In this document: positions 39,001-49,086 of the stretch, piece after piece | Layout of the letters: every line of letters starts with the position of its first letter | Position numbering within the stretch: position 1 is the stretch's first letter | From: Octopus vulgaris | Taxonomy: Eukaryota | Assembly: GCA_951406725.2 (NCBI GenBank) | Contig: OX597821.1 | Coordinates: 71,114,001-71,178,000, forward strand | Reading direction: 5' to 3' | Length of the DNA stretch: 64,000 nt | Notes under the pieces: model-generated | Told to the model about the DNA's origin: nothing | The model's input: the letters and a program-made list of their open reading frames with translations, nothing else | Databases searched by the model: none | Program-made: the position numbers and the translations under genes

Positions 39001-42000
39001 TGTTTTAAGATAACGTCCAGTCCGCCTATCTGGCCCAGTGGCCCCATAGTAAGGCCATTAATGCTGTACTTCTTCTTTTGATTAAACCATAAAACACACA
39101 CACTGACCTGACGAATATAATTCTGTTTCCTGTCGTTTTTCGTTTCTCTTCTTTGGGTTAGTGGTGCTTGACAATTATGGTCGCAGTAAAGGCTACGGCT
39201 TTGTCAGGTTTACTGATGAAAGTGAACAGCAGAAGGCAATGTTTGAGATGCAGCACGTGTCCATTGGCCGGAGACCAATCCGGGTCAGTTTAGCTACACC
39301 TAAAAGGTATGTTTAAACATTTTGGATATCATTTACCAGTTTGGGAGATTCTAGCCAAACAAATGAAGATGTGTCTGTTGAAAAGAAATTCTTCATTCGT
39401 TGCTTCATTTTTTTTTCTTTAATTTATTCTTCCATTCTTTAATTTTTTTATCTTAGTGATTTCAATCATTGGATCATGACCATAATGGAGCACCACCTGT
39501 GAACATATTCACCTCAGAAGGGGAATCGTTGTCTTCATTATTCATTATTCTATTTTTCCATGGTGGCATGGGCTGGTTGGTTTGACAGGAGCTAGTAAGC
39601 CAGAAGGCTAGGCCAGGTTCCAGTCATCTGTTTTGGCAAGGTTTCTACTGTTGGATGCCCTTCCTAATGCCAACCACTCCACAAAGTGGTCTTGGTGCTT
39701 TTTATGTGGCACCAACACAAAAAGAAAACTAAAAGGTATTTTTATTCATTCCCCTGCATTTGCTGTCCAGTCCTCCTCTTCCTCCTCCTCCTTTTATGCT
39801 TGCTTTTCCTTACAAAAGCATCATTTGGGTGAGTTGCCTCTCACATTGTTCCATCCCTTACTGCGCTCCTTTGCTCTCTCTCCATGATTTATTCTTTGTG
39901 TTTTCCACTCTGGACCTGAGCTGACCAAAGGTTTTATCAGGGAATTTAGCCAAAGGAAACTGCATGGAAGCACATTACGTATGGGCGCATTCTTGCGTGT
40001 GTATTCCTTATTTAGTCAATCACATGATGGTTGTAAATGCACATCGCTGTCATTTTAATGATGTTGTTCGTTTCTAGTCTTCTATGAAAAATGTGTCTGG
40101 CTTTGGAAGAAATATTGCCAGGCTTGGGAATGGATTGATAACAACAAAGGCATCCAACTGTAGAAAAATCTACCATAACATATTGTTTGATTTATGCAAA
40201 CATGGAAAAGTGGATATTAAATGCCCATGATGATGGTGGTGGTGGTGGTGATGATGATGTTTTCGCTTTTCTTTTCCTAACCTATTTCTTCATTCAATTT
40301 AATCATAAATCTCTTTGTATTTCGTTTTTTAATTTAGTTTGCAAGATTCTTTATGTGAGTTCGTGTGTTGAAGCATATTCTGTTGTGACTCGGGAGAGTC
40401 ATTTTCTTTTTGTGCCTTATAATTTAACACACTCACCAGTAAAATTTTCCACTTATTTCTTTTTTATTTTTCTAAAATTTTCTTTGCATCTTGCAACCTT
40501 TTCCATAGTTTTTTTTTTTTTTGTATGTTTTTCACTTATTGAAAAAAAATTGTTTATAATTTATGTTTGTCAGGCCCCCTCCTCCTGATGTTCCTGGAAC
40601 CCAGAGTGCCCAGCAATACAGTCAGTATTATCAACAATACCAACAATATCAATATTACCAGAGCTGGTCAGCTTATTCCCAGTATTACAGCCAGTTTGGT
40701 TACCCTTATGCTGGAGGTTACACCACAGATCATGTACAGGTAGGTTGCAGAGACCCTTCTCTCTCTGGCAACTATTCATTTTTTTTATTCCTGTTATTAG
40801 TTGTGATTCATTCAACACCTAATCAAGGTGGGGTAATGCCTGGGGTATTTGGGGTGTTTGTCAGTAGAAAAGGTTGAATTTGTTGACTGGATCCAGATTT
40901 ATGAGAATCTGTCACTTGTCTGTAATCTCATACAGCTACCATTTAATACAGCCCTTTATTTATTATTCTTATCGTTAAGGTGGGGAGTTGGCAGAACAAT
41001 TAGCACACTGAATAAAATGCTTTGGGGCATTTTCTAGTTTTACATTCTGAGTTCAAATTCTGCCGAGGTTGACTTTTCCCATCATCCTTTTAGGGTTGAT
41101 GAAATAAGTACCAATTGACTGATCGTTGACAGAGCGGCTAACCGGCTTCTGTGCCAGTGGCACATGAAAGGCACCATTCAAGTGTGATCGTTACCAGCGT
41201 CACCTTACTGGCACTTGTGCCCGTGCTAGTAGGGTGGTAAGAGAATCATCCGAGCGTGATCGTTGACAGAGCAGCTAACTGGCTTCCATGTTGGTGACAC
41301 GTAAAAGGCACCATTCGAGCGTGATCGTTACCAGCGTTGCCTTACTGGCATGAGTAAAAAGATTCGAGCAAGGTTGTTGCCAGTACCGGCAGACTGGCCC
41401 CCGTGCTGGTGGCACATAAAAAGCACCCACTACACTCTCAGAGTGGTTGGCATTAGGAAGGGCATCCAGCTGTAGAAACTTTGCTAGATCAAGATTGGAG
41501 CCTGGTTCGCCAGCCCTCAGTCAAAATCGTCCAACCCATGCTAGCATGGAAAGCGGACGTTAAACGATGATGATGACCACCAGGGTTGATGTAATCAACC
41601 AGCCCCTTCCCTACAAAATTTCAGGCCTTGTGGCTATGTTAGGAAGGAGTGTTATTAAGGTAGCAGGCCGGCAGAATTGTTTGTGTGTCAGATGAAATGC
41701 GTAACATCATTTCTTGCGACCCATTACGTTCTCAGTTGAAATTCCACTGGGGTCAACTCAGGGATGAAGTGCCAATCAAATACTGGCGCTGATGTAATTG
41801 ACTGTCTCCTTCCCTTATAATTGCTGGCTTTATGTGAAAATTTGAAATACACCATTCATGCATGGGTCATTGCCAGTGTCGCCTAACTGGCTCCCCATAC
41901 TGCTGGCACATAAAAAGCACCATCTGAATGTGGCCGATGCCAGTACCACCTGACTGGCTCCCGTGCCAGTATAATGTATAAAGCACCCACTACACTCTCG

Positions 42001-45000
42001 GAGTGGCTGGCGTTAGGAAAGGTATCCAGCTGTAGAAACTCTGCCAGATCAAGAGTGGAGCCTGGTGCAGCCTACTGGCTCACCTGTCCCCCTGTCAAAC
42101 CATCCAACCCATGCCAGCATGGAAAGTAGACATTTAAACAAGGATGATGATGAAGGCAATGAGTTGGATAAATGACTTAGTGGCATTTCTTCCAGTTACT
42201 TGTTTACTTGTTTCAGTCATTTGACTGCGGTCATGCTGGAGCACCGCCTTTAGTCGAGCAAATCTATCCCAGGACTTATTCTTTATAAGCCTGGTACTTA
42301 TTTTGTCGGTCTCTTTTGCCGAACCACTAAAATACAGGAGCGTAAACAAACCACCATCGGTTGGGGGGACAAACACAGACACACAAACGTATACACATCT
42401 CTCTCTATATAAACGGCAGTTTGTCTCTCTGTGTGTCTGTCAGGTTGTACCCTCACCCTGACCACGGCTTTCAACCGATTCGGATGAAACTAGCCCAATG
42501 TCATAATTCAAAACTAACGCAGCAAAAATTTTGAAAAGTTCCCCCAGTTCTGAAAAAAATCGATAAATTCGACATGGGGTCGAGAATCTAAGCTTTTTAT
42601 ATGCAACACATTTTCTGTTGTAGTTTTCGCAACTTGCAATCGATTTTCACCAAACTCATGGTGAAGCTTAATGTTACCCTAAGAAACTTAATTCTGACGT
42701 TAGTTTTCCATGCAATACCTTACCATCAGAAAAAATCGATAAAATCATGCCATTTTGGGAAATCGCGTTCAAATTCAAGATGACGTATTTTTGACAATAT
42801 CTTTCACAAATTGGCAGGAATTTTTTTTTAAATTCACAGCGAGCATCATGTCTGCTCTGGCCCTTTTTATTCCAATAGGATACTTTATTACTGGAAAAAA
42901 TCGGTTAATTAAATCATATGTGGCACACATAGCAAACCGATTTGTGTATTAAACACAAACCACAGACTGTCTAGGGGACGCAACTCGACCTTTTTAACTC
43001 TCTTGGGAGGCTCAATGATGTTTTCATGTTTTCGCCCAAAGGGACAGCTAGGAACATCGTATACACAGAAGTATTCAAGTGAAGAGAAGACATTGCAACC
43101 TACACATGCGCCTTCGTTCCCTAGAGGGAAAGGACTAGATTGGGATTAGTCGTTGCCTACTAGGGACTCTTACATACCCGGGCAACGCCGGGCTATGCTG
43201 CTAGTACATACATATATACGACGGGCTTCTTTCAGATTCCATCTACCAAATCCACTCACAAGGCTTTGGTCAGCCCGAGACTACAGTAGAAGACACTTGC
43301 CCAAGGTACCATGCAGTGGGATGAAACCCGGAACCATGTGGTTGGTAAGCAAGCTACTTACCATACAGCCACTGAGTTCAAATCCTGCCAAGGTCAACTT
43401 AGTATTTCATCCTTTTGGGGGTCAGTAACACAAAGTACCAGTGAACTACTTGGATTGATAGTATCAACTACTACCCTCTTCTTAAAATTATTGACCTTGT
43501 GTCATCATCGTTTAACGTCCGCTTTCCATGCTGGCATGGATTGGACGATTTGACTGAGGTCTGGCGTACCAGATGGCTGCACCAGGCTCCAATCTGATTT
43601 GGCAGAGTTTCTACAGCTGGATGCCCTTCCTAACGGCAACCACTCCGAGAGTGTAGTGGGTACTTTTACGTGCCACCGGCATGAGGGCCAGTCAGGCGGT
43701 ACTGGCAACGGCCACGCTCGAAAATGGTGTTTTTTACATGCCACCTGCACAGGTGCCAGTCCAGCTGCCAGTAAGGTGATGCTGGTATCTTAATTAGAAA
43801 CCACTATTATTATTATTATTATTATTGAGAGAGAGCAGTGCATGGCATGAAAGTACACTGGAGTAAAATATATGAAGCCCAGTATACCCATCATGACTAC
43901 CCGTCTGATAAGGGTATACAAGGCACATGCATCATAACCATATGTGCGCGACATGGTGATCTCATATCAAGATAAACAGCTCATGACCTTGCATGTGGGG
44001 CCCAGTTAGAATTTTCTTCTGGTCGAGTAACCCATCTCGCTCAAAGGTCCCGGAATAAGGGTTGTTTAAGGGTGTTGAATGAAACACCCATGTTTCCAGA
44101 GGTGAATTATTAAAATCCCAAAGAATCCCTCTCAACACATGGCTATGATGCTCCCCCACTACTTCTGCTCGTGATAAGAGATGCACATTTCATCAGCCAC
44201 TAAGGGACATGGTCAACTGGTTAATGTCAAACAACTGACATGCAAATCTGTGGCATTGAGCAGAATATTTGCTGTAGCCCATCTTTTATACCAAGACAAA
44301 ACAAGGTACATGATAACACTTCCAATCAGTTAAGATCAGAAGCCATGAGAGCCACTGTCTGGTACTGTATCAGGGCATTTATTATTATTATTATTAGTAG
44401 TAGTAGTAGTAGTAGAAGTAGCAGTAGCACCACCATTACTATTATTAAAGCAGTGAACTGGCAGATTCATTAGGATTCCAGGCAAAATGCTTATCGATAT
44501 TTCTTTGTCTTTCTGCTCTGGATTGAAATTCTGCTGAGGTCATTTTATCATGTCTTAACATTAATGGTTTTCTCTTTTTACCAGGATTATTATGACCAAG
44601 GCACAGATGAAGAAATGGAGATGCTGGAAGGTTGGTAATTAATCCTTAACTCTTCTCTGACCCTGTTTTTAACGAAATACATTCATTAACCTCTGGCTTT
44701 CAGTTAATTTGCAAAATACATATTTAGGAATTTAATGAAAATAACCAACAGTTTCATTTGTTTCTATAAGAAATTGGTGCTTAAGGAGCTTGCTTTCCAA
44801 GCACAGCCTTTCAGGTTCATTTCCTCTGCATGGTACCTATTTCTTTACTACCCACAAGGGGCTAAACATAAAGAGGACAAACGGATTAAGTTGATTATAT
44901 CGACCCCAGTGCGTAACTGGTACTTATTTAATAGACCCTGAAAGGATGAAAGGCAAAGTCGACCTTGGCAGAATTTGAACTCAGAACATAACAACAGACA

Positions 45001-48000
45001 AAATACCACTAAGCATTTCGCCTGGCGTGCTAACGTTTCTGCCAGCTCGCCACCTTCTGCATGGTACCATGGACAAGAATCTTCTACCAACTTCAGGCTG
45101 ACTAAGGCTTTTGGAGTGGGTTTTGTACACAGAAACTGTGTGGAAGCCTTCTGTGTGTGTGTGTGTGAGTCTCCTCCTTGTCTCAACATGGTTTTAGTAA
45201 ATGAATGTCGTCATTCATTTTCAATATTCTTCTTGGAAACGTGTCTGGCAATGATGAGATATTACTCAGCATGGAAACAGGGGAAGGTTGCTGACAGCAA
45301 AAGCATCCAATTATAGGAAATCTGTCTCATTAAACTCCATCCAACCCATGCCAACATGGAAAAGTGGCTGCTAAAACGATGATGATGCTGATGATGGGCA
45401 TAAAATGTTCTTAAGGTACAATTATGATGGAAGGTTTTCATTTAAATAGGAATGCTGAAGAAAATGCCTGACAGCATTCTGACCCTTTGAGGCAGACATT
45501 TCTACAGCTAGATGCCCTCCCTGTCATCAACACTCACCTCTTTCTGAGTAAGGTAAATATTCCCCCATGACCAGAGGTTTTCCTGGATAGTCGGATAGAA
45601 AGGACAGTGCTTCCAACTCATTTATGACTACCCAAATTTGATGACTGGCGTCCATGCTAACGGGGTGCAAAGAGCACCATACAAGTTTGATCATTGACAG
45701 AGTGGCTAACCGGTTACCGTGCCAGTAGCACTTAAAAGTTACCATTCAAGTGTGATCGTTACCAGCGTCTCCTTACTGGCCCTCGAGGCCCATGCTAGTA
45801 GGGTATTAAGAGCACCATCCAAGCGTGATTGTTACCTGCATCGCCTTACTGGCACATGTGCCGGTGGCATGTGTAAAAGATTCGAGTGAGGTCGTTACCA
45901 GTACCGCCGGACTGGTCCTCGTGCCGGTGGCATGTTAAAGCACCCACTACACTCTCGGAGTGGTTGGCGTTAGGAAGGGCATCCAGCTGTAGAATCTCTG
46001 CTGGATCAGATTGGAGTCTGGTGCCGCCATCTGGTTCACCAGCCCTCAGTCAAAATCCTCCAACTCATGCTAGCATGGAAAGCGGACGTTAAACGATGAT
46101 GATGATGATGTCATGTCAAAGCAAGGAAACAAGGCACACACACATAGCAGGCTTCCTTTGGTTTCTGTCTACCAAATCCACTCGAACAGCTATGGCTATC
46201 CTGGGGTATAATAGAAGACTCTTGCTAAAAATGCTGTGTAGTGGAACTGAACCCAACACCATGTGGTTTGGAAGCAAAGTTCTTAACCACCCAGCCACTC
46301 CTGTACCTTTGGTATCAATTCAATTACTACCCTCCTCCACAGGTTTATCTTTGATGTGACTCATTGAACCCACTTCTATTTTCTGTTTCCTTCACTTTTT
46401 TTTTTTGTCTTTTGTTTGACTTGGTTTTTTTCGTGCCGGTGGCACGTAAAATGCACCATCCGATTGTGGCCGTTGCCAGCTTTGTCTGGCCCTCATGCCG
46501 GTGGCACGTAAAAAGCACCATCCGATCGTGGCCGTTTGCCAGCCTCGTCTGGCACCTGTGTCGGTGGCACATAAAAAGCACCCACTACACTCACGGAATG
46601 GTTGGCATTAGGAAGGGCATCCAGCCATAGAAACATTGCCAGATCAGACTGGGCCTGGCGCAGCCTTCTGGCTTCCCAGACCCCAGTTGAACCATCCAAC
46701 CCATGCTAGCATGGAAAACGGACGTTAAACGATGATGATGATGCTCTTTGTTTCACCAACATTGAATTGAATATATTTTATAATTAGACCAACACTAATG
46801 AATAAATTCTACCAAAGTCAACTGTGATGTTATTTTTTTGTTTGTTTTTGTTTTTAATTTGAATCCTTCCAGTATATTCCGTCACATCCAAATCACCCTG
46901 CTGTTTTCCCCTTCTTTTATTTAGACCCCATACTTGAAATCGATGTCGACAAAGTCAATGCTGAATTCATTGAACAAAGTGAAGTGAGTAAAGACATTCT
47001 TTGATCTATTTTCTTCCCAAACCAAAATAGCAAAATACAAACCTTTCTGTTGAACCATTAGGGTTTTTTAATCCTTCATTGTCTGCAGCCTGGTTTGTAT
47101 TTTGTCAGTCTTTGGCTGAGTTCATCTCCAGTTACACAAATGAAAACACATGCAGCAGGCTTCTGCACAGTCTTCCCTTTTCCAAAATTCGTTAACAAAA
47201 TATTAGTCAACCAAAGACTCTATGAAAAGATACCTACCTAAGAACTGTGCAGCAGAATCAAACCCAGTGTGTATTCCATGGCCATGCCTGTGTTCTTTAG
47301 ATGTAATTTTTGGTAGACAGAAACTGAAAGAAGCTGGTTGTGTGTGTGTGTATTTATGCATAAGTGTTGTGAATATGTCTGTGTCTTCTTGTCTTGACAA
47401 ATGGGATTCTGCAAAAGTATGTCCAGTGGCCAAGGGAAAATATTCTCTTGCTTGGAAACATGTTAGGGTTGGTGACGGGCGAGGCATCCAGCTATAGAAA
47501 ATCTGTCTCAATAAACTCTGTCTGACCCATGCGAGCAGAGAAGAGCAGATTTTAAAATGATGAGAATGCATGATGAAGATTTTGGTTCCTGCGCAAACTG
47601 TTTTCTCAGGAAAATTGGGAAGCAGATGGTGATTTTGCTTGAGGAGAGAATAATAACCTGGCTGAGGATGAGTTCTGAGTTGAGATGGTTCCAACTGTGA
47701 CCGTATCCAGTTTGCGGCTGTGTGTTTAGGAATATGTTCTAGGTCTTTGACAGTAGTAAGGTGAAAATGGTAAGCAATGATTAAGCACAGATTGACAATT
47801 TCGTAGGGTGATCAAAGATTGCAAAACAACTTGGTAGTGGTCCCTGGTAGACTCAGTTTATGGTAATCTAATTCATACAGACCACTGTGAGCTTGTGGAG
47901 GTGTAGCAGTGCCACTCTGGCGTTTTGGGCATCCAAAATCCTGCTTCTATATCTGTACAAGTGGGAGTCTTAAGCCCAAGTAACAGTTCTTAATATCAGA

Positions 48001-48596
48001 TTGGGTTGATGTAAATACACAACAATCTCATGGGATTTGTGTGTATGTGCATGTGTGCACATTGTCCTTTCTGTCTTGTAACAGTTCAAATTAAATTAAT
48101 TCAACTAATTTTGACTAATTAACTTTGGGATTATGTAAACAGATAATGAGTACTGCCATACAGCCTCCTCGTTATTGGAGGGTTTTAAAAGGTGATGAGC
48201 ATTCCCACATTTCATGAGATTGAAGAAAACTTCATGGTCCTTTCTTCCTATCAGTAAAAGGATGACTTTAAAAAGCTCTGCAAATTTGGTTGCCCAGCCC
48301 TTCAACTTCCTTTCTTAGGGAGACTTTGTAAAGTGTAGTTCTACAAGTTGAAGAAAAACTTTGCAACTGAAAGAGTGCAGATATAAAGTTTTGAATTTTT
48401 GTTGTATTTGTTGCAGGAAATATTTGAGGCCCTTGACGATTCCCGTTGGCAACCAATAGATAACGTGATGACAACACTGAGCCAGGTTGCTACAGCTGTC
48501 CTTTCTCCATCACCTCCTTCACCTACAAGTGATGTTGTTGCTGCTGCTGCTACGGTTGCTGCTACTGCTGCTGTTGCTGCTCCAATCATTGCCTGA
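22604..48596 (+). CDS. TRNAU1AP: tRNA selenocysteine 1-associated protein 1 (SECp43), 10 coding exons, 329 aa
   Basis: join(22604-22642,32473-32570,34597-34696,36837-36889,37730-37833,39162-39306,40574-40739,44585-44630,46925-46983,48417-48596) = 990 nt, all GT-AG and phase-consistent. Protein: LWMGDLEPYMDE (RRM1), [24 protein letters not shown] (RRM2), SKGYGFVRF, Tyr/Gln-rich region, and C-terminal [30 protein letters not shown]. Confidence 0.95.
23472..23543. repeat. (TA)n/(CA)n microsatellite (similar tracts at ~20030, 20485, 26570, 27355, 29095, 30010, 62640)
   Basis: Directly visible. Confidence 0.95.
24455..25000. mobile_element. ~550-bp interspersed element; second copy at 43828-44378 embedded in (ATT)n
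   Basis: Two highly similar same-orientation copies, gagagcagtgcatg..ggtactg(c/t)atca. The 43.8-kb copy has (ATT)n on both sides. Confidence 0.8.
25520..26535 (-). mobile_element. RTE-clade LINE fragment (RT to C-terminus), decayed
   Basis: Minus-strand remnants [33 protein letters not shown] and [18 protein letters not shown]. Confidence 0.75.
27400..27575 (+). mobile_element. Short microsatellite-embedded repeat, possibly a Penelope-like terminal remnant
   Basis: Lies between (TG)n and (TA)n. Contains ctgacgaagagc (CUGANGA) with no downstream GAAA. Confidence 0.35.
27640..28450 (+). mobile_element. RTE LINE 3' end with (GAT)n tail; similar copy at 30500-31135
   Basis: ORF 27755-28141 contains [33 protein letters not shown], a typical RTE ORF2 C-terminus, followed by the shared SINE-type tail. 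Confidence 0.85.
29577..30017 (-). mobile_element. Non-autonomous Helitron (internally deleted relative of 42398-43204)
   Basis: CTAG terminus at left and TC start at right on the minus strand. Reverse-complement match to both ends of the 42.4-kb copy. Confidence 0.8.
32473..32570 (+). CDS. TRNAU1AP: TRNAU1AP exon 2 ([33 protein letters not shown])
   Basis: ccatag|ctg...tgg|gtaagt, 98 nt. Confidence 0.95.
32601..32830. mobile_element. piggyBac-like MITE (TTAA-flanked); second copy at 37996-38231
   Basis: ttaa|cccttt...aaatgct....|ttaa with a shared internal sequence between the two copies. Confidence 0.7.
32966..33316 (-). mobile_element. Non-autonomous Helitron (family also at 54460-56010; related element at 62835-63232)
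   Basis: cagtatcgcccagcgttgctcgg hairpin near one end, and caacttcagctttataaatagaga at the other. Confidence 0.75.
34597..34696 (+). CDS. TRNAU1AP: TRNAU1AP exon 3 ([33 protein letters not shown])
   Basis: ttgcag|a...cct|gtaatt, 100 nt, carries RNP1. Confidence 0.95.
35482..36318 (+). mobile_element. Decayed mariner with long TIRs
   Basis: TA-flanked arms ggtctgatttataagtatccagactgttgccat..aaagcatgcagagtgaagc / gcttcactctgcatgcttt..atggcaacagtccggatacttat..cagacc, with transposase N-terminal remnants. Confidence 0.8.
36837..36889 (+). CDS. TRNAU1AP: TRNAU1AP exon 4 ([17 protein letters not shown])
   Basis: tcccag|cca...ac|gtaagt, 53 nt. Confidence 0.95.
37730..37833 (+). CDS. TRNAU1AP: TRNAU1AP exon 5 ([34 protein letters not shown])
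   Basis: tcacag|t...aaag|gtgaga, 104 nt, carries RNP2 of RRM2. Confidence 0.95.
39162..39306 (+). CDS. TRNAU1AP: TRNAU1AP exon 6 ([48 protein letters not shown])
   Basis: ggttag|tg...aaaag|gtatgt, 145 nt. Confidence 0.95.
40574..40739 (+). CDS. TRNAU1AP: TRNAU1AP exon 7 (Pro/Tyr/Gln-rich)
   Basis: tgtcag|g...cag|gtaggt, 166 nt, [18 protein letters not shown]. Confidence 0.92.
42398..43204 (+). mobile_element. Non-autonomous Helitron inserted into a SINE
   Basis: 5' TC(tctctctatataaacggcag), 3' hairpin cccgggcaacgccggg followed by CTAG, inserted between A and T. The host SINE continues on both sides (42180-42397, 43205-43370). Confidence 0.88.
44585..44630 (+). CDS. TRNAU1AP: TRNAU1AP exon 8 ([15 protein letters not shown])
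   Basis: taccag|gat...gaag|gttggt, 46 nt. Supplies the phase needed between exons 7 and 9. Confidence 0.82.
46925..46983 (+). CDS. TRNAU1AP: TRNAU1AP exon 9 ([20 protein letters not shown])
   Basis: atttag|ac...gaa|gtgagt, 59 nt. Confidence 0.93.
48417..48596 (+). CDS. TRNAU1AP: TRNAU1AP exon 10 ([13 protein letters not shown]...AAPIIA-TGA)
   Basis: ttgcag|gaa, TGA stop at 48594-48596. Confidence 0.92.
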   Translation, partial: EIFEALDDSRWQPIDNVMTTLSQVATAVLSPSPPSPTSDVVAAAATVAATAAVAAPIIA

Positions 48597-49046
48597 AGAA
48601 CGAATGGATTTCCTGTCTTCTGAACTGACCAATGTCTGAGGAATTCAAGTAGATTTCCTCTCTTCAAAACTGAGCACTGCCTGGCTGTGGCCTGAGGGAT
48701 GACCAGTTTCCCACCATTACTTGAGCGACCAAGTAAATTTCCTCTCTCCCCACCTTTTCCTTTCAAATGTCTTGTTCAGTATCTGGACCATTGCCTTACC
48801 AAAGCAAGGGAGTTTGTTTTCCCTTCTGAATTGACCAGTTGTCTCTTTAATTGGGGAGACAATGACAGAGATGTCCTTCTTGAGTTGAGAACTAAATGAA
48901 ACGACGGCTCAACTTGTCGTTCATTTCTATGTAACTACTCAGTTTTCTTTGGACCAGTAAGATCTGCTCAAAAGGAGAAAAAAATCCTACTCAAAACACC
49001 AGCCTCGATTCATCTAATATATATATATATAATGATGGTGACGACG

Positions 49047-49086
<40 letters not shown>

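Noticed and set aside
427-48596. Zn/Se 'trace-element operon' of ZNG1, ZDHHC16 and TRNAU1AP
   Set aside because: Adjacency of three housekeeping genes does not show functional clustering. Only the structural promoter-sharing hypothesis is retained.
48341-48766. 141-aa antisense ORF over TRNAU1AP exon 10
   Set aside because: Explained by the GCT-rich sense coding sequence, with no independent support.
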